Source of the DNA: Candidatus Hydrogenedentota bacterium
GTDB taxonomy: Bacteria; Hydrogenedentota; Hydrogenedentia; Hydrogenedentales; CAILVY01
NCBI GenBank assembly: GCA_903837785.1
Contig: CAILVY010000285.1
Coordinates: forward strand, 640-64,639
Direction of reading: 5' to 3'
Length of the DNA: 64,000 nucleotides
Of this stretch, positions 9,624 through 19,711 are shown in pieces. Position 1 is the first letter of the stretch. The number at the start of each line of letters is the position of its first letter. Below the pieces are notes generated by a model that saw only the letters and a program-made list of their open reading frames with translations, was not told the origin of the DNA and ran no database searches. The translations under genes were made by a program, and so were the position numbers.

Positions 9624-10973
9624 TTAGGCGCTCTTGGGTTTCGGGGCTTTGAGCGTGAGTGCGAGCAGTCCGGCGGCGAAGCAGGCCACGCCCGCAATCA
9701 CGAACGGCGTGAACCACGCGTCCAGTTTCACCGCCAGTTCGGCGCCCTTGGGCACGGCGTCGGTGAAGTGGCCGGCGATAAACGGCCCGGCAATGCCCGC
9801 GACGCCGTAGGCCAGGAAGACCCAGCCGTAGTTCGTGCCGACGTTCTTGTTGCCGAAGTAATCGGCGGTGGCAGCGGGGAAGAGGGCGAAGTTGCCGCCG
9901 AAGTTGAAGCCGATGCAGCAGGCGCCGACGATGAGGCCGAGGGTGCTTCCGCCGATGTAGTAGAAGCCAATCATGATCAGGCCTTGCAGGGCGCACATGA
10001 GCACGATCGAGGTCTTCCGTCCGATGCGGTCGGAAGCGGCGCCCCAAAGGATGCGGCCGAGTCCGTTCAGGATGGCGAAGAGGGCCATGGCCGTCGCCGC
10101 GGTGGTCTTTGCGTCGGCTTCGCTCAAGGCGGAGCGGACTTGCAGCGCGTCGGTGCCGAAGAGGCTGATGCAGCCGATCACCATCAGCCCGGCCATCGCC
10201 GAGCCCATGAAGGTGAGCCACAGCGCGTAAAACTGTGGCGTGCCGAGCATTTCGCCTTCGTTGAGATTGACGGCGCCGCTGGCCGCGACCGCGGCGGGCG
10301 GATTCCAGCCCGCGGGCCGGAAGCCGGCCGGCGGGTTGATGAGCACGATGCTGCCCAGCACGACGAGCACGAGGAAGAGGAAGCCATAGAGCAGGAATAC
10401 GCTCTGTACGCCGGGCAGGCCCATGAGGTGGGTGGTGGCCAGCAGCCCCTTGAAGTCGCACGGCACAATCCAGAGCAGGGTCTTGAATCCGCCCGCCAGT
10501 TTTACCCACAGGGTGGCGCCGAAGCCGAAGCCCGCCACCGCCAGGCCGGTGATGAGGCCTTTTTTGTCCGGGAACCACTTCACGCAGACGGCGATGGGCA
10601 CGACGTACCCGAGGCCGATGCCCGCGCCGCCAATCAGGCCGATGCAAACCAATTGATTAATGAAAGAGTTGCCGAGGAATCCGCCCAGCATGTAGCCGAT
10701 GCCCAGCACAATCCCGCCGAGGATGGCAATGGGCCGGGGACCGGTGCGCGCCTGCAGGCGCCCCGCGATCACCATCACCACCGCGAAGGTGGCCAGGCCG
10801 ACGGAGAAGATCAACTGCGTCTGCAGCTTGGAGAATCCGTAGCCGCCGGCATCCACGGCCTTGGCCAGCGTGGGGGTGAACACGCTCCACGCGTAGATCG
10901 CACCGAGGCAAAGCTGCACCAGGATAGCCCCGGCGACGACGATCCACCGGTTCATGGTCTTATCTTGCGACAT
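9624..10973 (-). CDS. MFS transporter, oxalate/formate antiporter (OFA) family
   Basis: About 12 TM, LCLGAIYAWSVF, VKWFPDKKGLITGLAVAGFGFG, NGLGRILWGAASDRIGRK. Confidence 0.9.
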   Translation of the reverse strand: MSQDKTMNRWIVVAGAILVQLCLGAIYAWSVFTPTLAKAVDAGGYGFSKLQTQLIFSVGLATFAVVMVIAGRLQARTGPRPIAILGGIVLGIGYMLGGFLGNSFINQLVCIGLIGGAGIGLGYVVPIAVCVKWFPDKKGLITGLAVAGFGFGATLWVKLAGGFKTLLWIVPCDFKGLLATTHLMGLPGVQSVFLLYGFLFLVLVVLGSIVLINPPAGFRPAGWNPPAAVAASGAVNLNEGEMLGTPQFYALWLTFMGSAMAGLMVIGCISLFGTDALQVRSALSEADAKTTAATAMALFAILNGLGRILWGAASDRIGRKTSIVLMCALQGLIMIGFYYIGGSTLGLIVGACCIGFNFGGNFALFPAATADYFGNKNVGTNYGWVFLAYGVAGIAGPFIAGHFTDAVPKGAELAVKLDAWFTPFVIAGVACFAAGLLALTLKAPKPKSA

Positions 10974-11054
10974 GATTTCCGCTCTCCCTTGTGTTTAGCC
11001 AAGGAGCCGAACGCACGAGCGGCGTCCGGCTCCCGGTAGGTCGCTTATTGAGGT

Positions 11055-13055
<2,001 letters not shown>

Positions 13056-13247
13056 ACTTCGTCCTCCATTACCAGGTTGAGCCTTGGACAACTAAAACAA
13101 ACCACCGACGCAGGTAGCGCATGCGGCTACAGTATTCGGACTTGTCTTAGCGGCGGCCGGGCGCGCCCAAAGCCCACCCAGACCGCGAGGTGCGCTACGC
13201 GGCCACTGGCCGGCCGGCAGCGCTACCTACCGTTCGTTAGAAACGGT

Positions 13248-13276
13248 ATTTTACCGAATTGATATTCCTTTTGCAA
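13248..13276 (-). promoter_or_regulatory. Sigma70-type promoter of acs
   Basis: TTGCAA-N17-TAAAAT on the minus strand; inverted repeat TACCGTT-N7-AACGGTA at 13228-13248 over the predicted start site. Confidence 0.6.
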
Positions 13277-13339
13277 GCTCCCCATTCGCGCGCCGATTCG
13301 CGTATGATTCTGTCCGAATTCAACCGAGGAGTTGCCGCA

Positions 13340-13912
13340 ATGACCACCCTGGCCCCGTTGCCGAATCCCTGGACCACGCTGGAGAGCCGTCTGGTGTATC
13401 GCAACCCCTGGATCACGCTGCGCGAGGACCAAGTGTTGCGTCCCGATGGCCAACCCGGCATCTATGGCGTGGTCGAGACCCGCCTGGCGGCCGGGGTGCT
13501 CGCGCTCACGCCGGAGGAGGAGCTTTATGTGGTCGGCCAGTTCAGATACACGATGAACGAGTACTCCTGGGAGATCATTGAGGGCGGCACGGAAACGGAC
13601 GAAACGGCGCTCGAAGCGGCCAAGCGAGAGTTGCGGGAGGAAGCGGGCCTCGTGGCGGAGCACTGGGAGCCGCTGGGCGGTGAAATCCACGTTTCGAACT
13701 GTCATTCTTCCGAACGCGGCTACGTGTTTGTTGCCACGGGCCTGTCGGAGGTCGAAGCGTGCCCGGACGAAACCGAGGATCTGCAAGTCCGGAAGATTCC
13801 TTTCGACGAGGCGCTGCGGATGGTTGAGCAGGGCGAGATTAAGGACGGCATCGCGATGATTGGCATCCTGCTCTACGCGCAATGCCGCCGGCGTCGGAAT
13901 CAGGCCGGATGA
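13340..13912 (+). CDS. NUDIX hydrolase (ADP-ribose pyrophosphatase-like)
   Basis: Nudix box GGTETDETALEAAKRELREEAGL; GAGGAG RBS. Confidence 0.92.
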   Translation: MTTLAPLPNPWTTLESRLVYRNPWITLREDQVLRPDGQPGIYGVVETRLAAGVLALTPEEELYVVGQFRYTMNEYSWEIIEGGTETDETALEAAKRELREEAGLVAEHWEPLGGEIHVSNCHSSERGYVFVATGLSEVEACPDETEDLQVRKIPFDEALRMVEQGEIKDGIAMIGILLYAQCRRRRNQAG

Positions 13913-13919
13913 CGGACGT

Positions 13920-15146
13920 TCACCACCGCGGGTCGATAATGCCCCAATAGCGGCCCAGCCAGTAGGCCAGAATCATGGGCGTGGCACTGGTTTCGGCCGT
14001 GCCGGATTTCCGCTCCAGGACGTGTTGGCCGTCTTCGCTGTAAATCCTGAAGGTCTGATGCTTGCGGGCGCAGCCTTTCATGTGCTTCAGGCGGCGGGCT
14101 ATCTTCCCTGCGACGACCTTCTCGCCGCTGAGCACCTGATAGTACACGGCGAGCAGCACGTCCTCGCTCTGGCGAAAGTTCCGACGCTTCCAGTCAAACC
14201 AGTGGCGGTTCAGGCACATCCTGTACTTCTGCAGCAAGGCGGGGTCCGATTCATAGCGCAGGAGCGTATAGAGCGACTTCACCGCAAGATGATCATCCCA
14301 TGAAGTCTTCCATTCCTCAGGCCAAAGGCACTTGGCCAGGATTGCCTCATCGTCGTAGTGGTGCTTCTCGATGAGCAGGCGGTAGGCGTCGAGATAGCGC
14401 CTGCTGCCGGTCATGTGATGGGCCACGCGGAGCCCGGCCAGAATCTCGAGGCTGGCCAGGTTTTCGTGCGGCAGGTCGGGGCAGAAATTCCCCCACAGCG
14501 TCATCTTGCCATCCACGTCAATCATCCGGAAATTGTTGTCCACGATGCGTCCGACGAAGCGATCGATGAGGCCGGCCGCGAGCGGCTTGTGGGCCTCGTC
14601 GGCGCAGACATCGAAATAGACACTCAGGCCGCAGCAGAGATTGACGAACTTGTCGCTGCTCAGGTCGCCCTGCCAGCGGTAGCCCGGCATGGACCGCGAG
14701 GCGTGCCATTCCATCGGGAAGAAGTAGACCTTCTCATGCCACAGCGGCGCATCGGTGCGATTGAAGGTCCGCGCCACCCAGCCCGGAACTCCGGTGACTT
14801 TCTCCAGGCGCAGCACCGCATCCATGAATTGATCGGCGACGGCGCGGTCCGCAGGATGCTGCGTGACCGCGTATTTGAAGGAATAGGCGGAAAGATACTG
14901 GCACGTTTCATCCGCCGCGTCCTCCTGGCTGCCGATCAGCGGCAACTCGGCGCCCGCGGGCGGAAAGACCACATGCGGCATCATGACGCCTTCATTGCAG
15001 TGGTTCCCCCGCATGAGCGCGTCGAACTTCTCCACGCGCACGTGCAGGGGTTGCCAGCACTGGGGATACTCATTGACGCGCTGCGCACCGGCTGCGCCGC
15101 ACAGCATGACAGCAAAGGCAACACGGGAGAGAATGATCAGGCGCAT
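13920..15146 (-). CDS. Secreted hypothetical protein, probable alpha/alpha toroid
   Basis: Signal peptide (MRLIILSRVAFAVMLCGAAGA), helical pattern, WQGDLSSD motif. Confidence 0.65.
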   Translation of the reverse strand: MRLIILSRVAFAVMLCGAAGAQRVNEYPQCWQPLHVRVEKFDALMRGNHCNEGVMMPHVVFPPAGAELPLIGSQEDAADETCQYLSAYSFKYAVTQHPADRAVADQFMDAVLRLEKVTGVPGWVARTFNRTDAPLWHEKVYFFPMEWHASRSMPGYRWQGDLSSDKFVNLCCGLSVYFDVCADEAHKPLAAGLIDRFVGRIVDNNFRMIDVDGKMTLWGNFCPDLPHENLASLEILAGLRVAHHMTGSRRYLDAYRLLIEKHHYDDEAILAKCLWPEEWKTSWDDHLAVKSLYTLLRYESDPALLQKYRMCLNRHWFDWKRRNFRQSEDVLLAVYYQVLSGEKVVAGKIARRLKHMKGCARKHQTFRIYSEDGQHVLERKSGTAETSATPMILAYWLGRYWGIIDPRW

Positions 15147-15262
15147 GCCCTGTCCTTCCGGAGGCTTTTTGGACAGCATAGCAGGAGAGGCCGGGGAAGA
15201 ACAGCGCATGACTTGGCCGGTTCCCCCGGCTCCTCCTGGACTCCAATGAGGCCTGCCGAAAA

Positions 15263-16171
15263 TCAGAAGTCCGCGATCGCGCTCGCGGCCTGGGCAAACA
15301 ACTTTCCGGCCGGCGCATCGCCGGGATACTTGATGAACTGGACATGCCCATCCAGGTAGAGCACGTTGGAACCGCCGGGAACGTGGTTGAATCCGTTCGG
15401 GTCCGTGGCCAGGAGGTCCCACATGATGAAGATGACGCTCTGTGCCTTTGACGATGCGGCGGGATTGTTGATGTCCGTAATCATGAAGCGCTCGATGCCT
15501 TCGCGCAACCGGTACAACACATCGCCTCCGCCGTTGCCATAGGGGGAAATGCCCGAGACATCCTCATCGGAACGCTGTACAATCTCCGCCTCGGTGCCAT
15601 TCTGCAGCAAAGTGGCCGCCATGACGAACTGCGCCGGGCAATCCTGGCCCTCGATCTGCATCGGAGGGTCGTCGTTGTCGCCGCATCGGTCATAGACCCA
15701 GCCAAGATAGGCGTAGCTCGTGTCGATCCGGAACATGCCGCGCTCCGCATTGTCGCAGGCAAGATAAAACTCGGATTGATTCGTGACGGGATTGACCAGA
15801 TCCTTCGTGGTGGCCTTCGGGTCCGACGGGCACAACACGATATTCGGATCCGTCAGATACTCCGGGAAGATGGACGGGACATAGGGTCCGCCCGCCAGCG
15901 TGAACGCATCGGGGTCCGTCACCGGCAAGGCGGGGTTATCGCAATCCACCTCCGGCCCCAACCGCGCCATAAGCCGCGGATAGCGCTCGCCTTTGGCCTC
16001 GCCCGAGTACATCTTGAACACGAGTCCCCACTGCTTAAGGTTGTTCTGACAACTCGAGCGGCGGGCGGCTTCCCGAGCGCGTGCGAGGGCAGGCAACAAA
16101 ATGGCCGCCAGAATCCCGATAATTGCTATTACCACTAGAAGTTCAATGAGAGTGAATCCCTGCCTTTTCAT
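15263..16171 (-). CDS. DUF1559 prepilin-type N-terminal cleavage/methylation protein with H-X9-DG-CTERM-like tail
   Basis: [65 protein letters not shown]. Confidence 0.92.
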   Translation of the reverse strand: MKRQGFTLIELLVVIAIIGILAAILLPALARAREAARRSSCQNNLKQWGLVFKMYSGEAKGERYPRLMARLGPEVDCDNPALPVTDPDAFTLAGGPYVPSIFPEYLTDPNIVLCPSDPKATTKDLVNPVTNQSEFYLACDNAERGMFRIDTSYAYLGWVYDRCGDNDDPPMQIEGQDCPAQFVMAATLLQNGTEAEIVQRSDEDVSGISPYGNGGGDVLYRLREGIERFMITDINNPAASSKAQSVIFIMWDLLATDPNGFNHVPGGSNVLYLDGHVQFIKYPGDAPAGKLFAQAASAIADF

Positions 16172-16282
16172 GTCTTGCCCCTTTCCCACAGTTTGGATTG
16201 TTCGCGCCAATGATCCTCCAGCAGACCCACGGGTGCGCCGCTCCGCGGCGCACGGCACAGCGATAGCGATTATCGCACCTTT

Positions 16283-16311
16283 AGCATGCCAAGACAGCGC
16301 GCATCTGTCAA
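16283..16311 (-). promoter_or_regulatory. Sigma70-type promoter of the DUF1559 gene at 15263-16171
   Basis: TTGACA-N17-CATGCT. Confidence 0.55.
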
Positions 16312-16369
16312 TGCAGGAAATCCCCGATGCCAAGGGACGCCGGGGAGCGGGAGAAGCCTGGAAATGAAC

Positions 16370-17317
16370 TCAACCACCCAAGGCGCGGGCCAAACGAGCG
16401 ACTGGTTCATTTACGGGGCCTGGATTGCACGGCGCATATTTCAGAAAGGCCACATGGCCGTCGAGATACAGGAAGTTGCATCCGCCCGGAGCATGGTTGA
16501 AGAGGGCTACATTCGTACTGAGCAGGTCGCCCATGACCCAGATTTCACTCTGGGCTTTGGCGCTGGCGGCCGGGCTATTGATGTCGGTGATGAGGAAGCG
16601 CTCGATGCCTTCGCGAAGGCGATACACGTTGTCGCCCTTGCCGTTCCCCAACATGAGATCGTGGTCCTTGAGATTCTGGTCCTCGTCCACATGCGACGTG
16701 CCTCCTGTCAAGGCCGGCCACAACGCATCCACGATCGTATAGATCATTTGTCCCGGACCCTCACCTTCCGCAGTTGTTTCAAGGAATTGCAGCAGTGAAT
16801 CGAATCCGGACAAGGGCGACGAGCATTCCGTCTGATCAAAGACCCAGCCGAAGTACAGGTAACTCGCATCCACCAACTGAAGGCCTCGGGTTTCATCCGA
16901 ACACGGCGTGGCGATGTCCGCGTTTCCTGTCAGCGGATTGACCGCTTCGGACGGCTTGTCTTCCGCATCCGAAGGACAGAACAAGATGGCGGAATCCGCC
17001 AGGTACTCGGGATAGATCCCGCGCAGGTCGGGTCCGACTGCAATGAGGAACTGACTTGCATTGTCTTGGGGAAAGCCGGCCGTCTTGCAGTCATACGTCG
17101 GCCCGGCATAGCCCAACATGGGAGGAAATCGCTCACCTTTGGCTTCGCCGGCGTACATCTTATACACCAGGCCCCACTGCTTGAGGTTGTTCTGGCAGCT
17201 TGAGCGGCGTGCCGCTTCGCGCGCCCGTGCCAGGGCCGGCAACAAGATCGCCGCCAGGATCCCGATGATGGCGATGACCACCAGTAGTTCGATCAGGGTG
17301 AACCCTTTTCGTGACAT
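16370..17317 (-). CDS. DUF1559 prepilin-type protein (tandem paralogue)
   Basis: GFTLIELL...[48 protein letters not shown]. Confidence 0.92.
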   Translation of the reverse strand: MSRKGFTLIELLVVIAIIGILAAILLPALARAREAARRSSCQNNLKQWGLVYKMYAGEAKGERFPPMLGYAGPTYDCKTAGFPQDNASQFLIAVGPDLRGIYPEYLADSAILFCPSDAEDKPSEAVNPLTGNADIATPCSDETRGLQLVDASYLYFGWVFDQTECSSPLSGFDSLLQFLETTAEGEGPGQMIYTIVDALWPALTGGTSHVDEDQNLKDHDLMLGNGKGDNVYRLREGIERFLITDINSPAASAKAQSEIWVMGDLLSTNVALFNHAPGGCNFLYLDGHVAFLKYAPCNPGPVNEPVARLARALGG

Positions 17318-17438
17318 GACCAAACACCCTCCCCGCCCAATTGGGCTAACGTATGATTCCCGCGCACAAACCGTGCACCCTTCCGCCTCTCCGCGTAACC
17401 GGCCTAAACATGCCCGGTCAAGCATTCGTCACACTTTT

Positions 17439-17467
17439 AGCATACGAGAGACACAAGTTTCTGTCAA
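17439..17467 (-). promoter_or_regulatory. Sigma70-type promoter of the DUF1559 gene at 16370-17317
   Basis: TTGACA-N17-TATGCT. Confidence 0.6.
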
Positions 17468-17646
17468 CCGTGAAATAAAGTTGTGCATTCGGCCCTGCAC
17501 TTCCGCGCATCGCAGCGGGCGTGCGTCTGGCCCTGCCATACGAAGGGCGCTCCAAGCGGCCATCGGCTCAGGGGGAGCGTCACGGATTCACCGAACGCAT
17601 CCATTGCGGGAAGGGGTAGACGGCCCACTCCGTGTCCAGGAAGGGA

Positions 17647-17730
17647 TGGCGGAGGGAGAGGGACTCGAACCCTCAAGCCCGAAGGCGCCGGTTTTCAAGA
17701 CCGGTGGATTACCAATTATCCTATCCCTCC
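17647..17730 (-). tRNA. tRNA-Ser (anticodon UGA), 84 nt, CCA encoded
   Basis: Acceptor GGAGGGA/TCCCTCC with G73-CCA, anticodon arm CCGGT-CTTGAAA-ACCGG, T arm GAGGG-TTCGAGT-CCCTC, short variable arm. Confidence 0.93.
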
Positions 17731-17926
17731 GCAGGGCGGCCGCCGGACGACGCCCATTGTAGCGCAGAATGGCATCGGTTTTCATGATGGACGGCGGGGC
17801 GGGAGGGATGGAATGAAAGTGGCCCGGGAATGTGTTGACATTCTTGAATCCAAAACAAAAACGGCAAGATTGAATGTCCGCGTGTATTCGGATGCCGGAG
17901 CGTGCGCGGGCGGGAGTGCAAAAAGA

Positions 17927-18430
17927 ATGAAACGTATTGCGTTTGCCATGACAGCCATCTTGTTGATGACGGCCGCCTGCGCCACGAAACCGGTATCGGC
18001 GGAGAAAGAAGCGGCCCCCCCGTTGCAGATCGCGCAGTGGGTGAAGGGCGCGCCGGTGAATCTCGCCGACCTGAAGGGCAAGAAGGCCGCCGTAGTCGAA
18101 TTCTGGGCGACGTGGTGTCCCCCGTGCCGGGTGAGCATTCCTCACATGACCGAGCTACAGAAGACCTACCGGGACAGCGTGGTCTTCGTGGCCATCACGG
18201 ATGAGGCGCCGGAGGATGTGAAACCCTTCGTGGAAAAGATGGGCAGCAAGATGGACTATACCGTGGCCATCGACGACAAGGTGGCGACCGCGAAGGCTTA
18301 CATGGACGCCCGCGGCGTAAACACGATTCCATACGCGTTCGTCATCGGCAAGGACGGCGCAATCCTCTTTCACGGCCATCCGCTGGATGAAGCCTTTGAC
18401 GCGGCGGTGAAGAAAGCGGCGGAGAAGTAG
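17927..18430 (+). CDS. TlpA-family thiol-disulfide oxidoreductase lipoprotein
   Basis: Lipobox TAAC, EFWATWCPPC, cis-Pro loop TIP. Confidence 0.9.
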   Translation: MKRIAFAMTAILLMTAACATKPVSAEKEAAPPLQIAQWVKGAPVNLADLKGKKAAVVEFWATWCPPCRVSIPHMTELQKTYRDSVVFVAITDEAPEDVKPFVEKMGSKMDYTVAIDDKVATAKAYMDARGVNTIPYAFVIGKDGAILFHGHPLDEAFDAAVKKAAEK

Positions 18431-18435
18431 CGGGC

Positions 18436-19491
18436 TCAGTCGCCGAAGAGCGACAGGGTTTCCGGGGGCTTGGGCGGCGTGAACGCGCGGTACAGATCCA
18501 CGAGTACTTCGGCATCCACGGCCGCGTAGGCCAACTGCGCCGGCGAGAGCGGGCGGGTGGTCCAATCCGACGTCTGCAGCGTCTTGTCCAGGTAGATGCC
18601 CAGTTCACGCTCGCACACGTCATCGAGCTTGTGGCCGCCCTCGACCCCCTTGCGGTGCTTCTTCCGCGACACTATCAGCGTGTCGAACACATTGTGAATG
18701 CGGATGCCGTGCTTTGCAAACATCTGTTCCTCGAACTGGGCGTTGTGGATGATCTTCTCGACGGCTGAATCCTCGAGCAGCCGCTGCACCGCCCGCAGGT
18801 CCTTCATTGCAAGGGCGTCGATCACATACGTGCGCCCCGCAATGCCAAGCTGAATCGTGCACAGCGTCCGGGGTTCGCCGAGCGTCGTTTCGACATCGAG
18901 CGCCAGAATGGGTTCGCCCCGCAACAGGGTGCACACGGCATCCATCGTCTCCTGATCCGCAATCCATTCCACGGGATGGCGCGGCTGATAGATCCCGCTC
19001 CGCCGGAACAGGAGGCACACCGCCCGGTCGTCGGTTTCGAAGTCCGCCACCTTTGCCTCATCGAAGATCGCGGCATCCAGAAGCCCCCGGAAATAGGCCA
19101 GCGCGCCCTCGCGCCCTTCCAGGCCGGACCCGGCGGCCCACTGCGCCCAATGCCGCGTCACGATGGCAAGATAACCGCCCGGCCGCACATAGCCCGCTGC
19201 CCGCGTGATGGCCGCCCGCCGCTGCTCCTCCGTCTTGAGCCGGCTCATCAGGTAGATCAGGAAGACCCAGTCGAACTTGCCCGCGGGAAGCTCCGAGAAG
19301 CCGAAGGGCGGATGCGGATCGTAGCCTTGCACATGGAACTTGCGCGCCCGGAGCCAACTCACGTCCGCGCCGTAGCCGCACCCGTAGCAGAGCATGCGAT
19401 CGTGCGAGTCAATCAGCCGGGATTCAGCCAGTTTCTGCAGCGCGGGCGCGCCTTCCGTCCGGGGACCCGTAGTCTTCTTTTGATCCAGCAT
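18436..19491 (-). CDS. Class I SAM methyltransferase-like domain fused to a DEDDy 3'-5' exonuclease (RNase D/PolA type)
   Basis: N-term CYGCGYGADV, GYDP, GKFDWV, VRPGG; C-term ExoI LDVET, ExoII HNAQFE, SDW, ExoIII YAAVD. Confidence 0.82.
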   Translation of the reverse strand: MLDQKKTTGPRTEGAPALQKLAESRLIDSHDRMLCYGCGYGADVSWLRARKFHVQGYDPHPPFGFSELPAGKFDWVFLIYLMSRLKTEEQRRAAITRAAGYVRPGGYLAIVTRHWAQWAAGSGLEGREGALAYFRGLLDAAIFDEAKVADFETDDRAVCLLFRRSGIYQPRHPVEWIADQETMDAVCTLLRGEPILALDVETTLGEPRTLCTIQLGIAGRTYVIDALAMKDLRAVQRLLEDSAVEKIIHNAQFEEQMFAKHGIRIHNVFDTLIVSRKKHRKGVEGGHKLDDVCERELGIYLDKTLQTSDWTTRPLSPAQLAYAAVDAEVLVDLYRAFTPPKPPETLSLFGD

Positions 19492-19711
19492 GACTCTTCC
19501 ACGAAGTGAATGATAGATGATGTAAAGCGCCCCGCAGGGGCGCGGCAGTTCTACACAGTGCAAGGCCAAGAATGCAACCTTCGCGCCCTCCTCCGGAATT
19601 CCCGCCACATCTTGCCTGGAGCGTTCATCTCCCGCGGCCCCGCGTGCGTCTCTTTCGTTTTACGCGGTTCCGTGTGCCATAGTGTTCCCGACAACATGGA
19701 GGAGCCGGTTC

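Noticed and set aside
17647-17730. tRNA as an integration site for an island or prophage
   Set aside because: No integrase and no duplicated tRNA 3' end seen in the window
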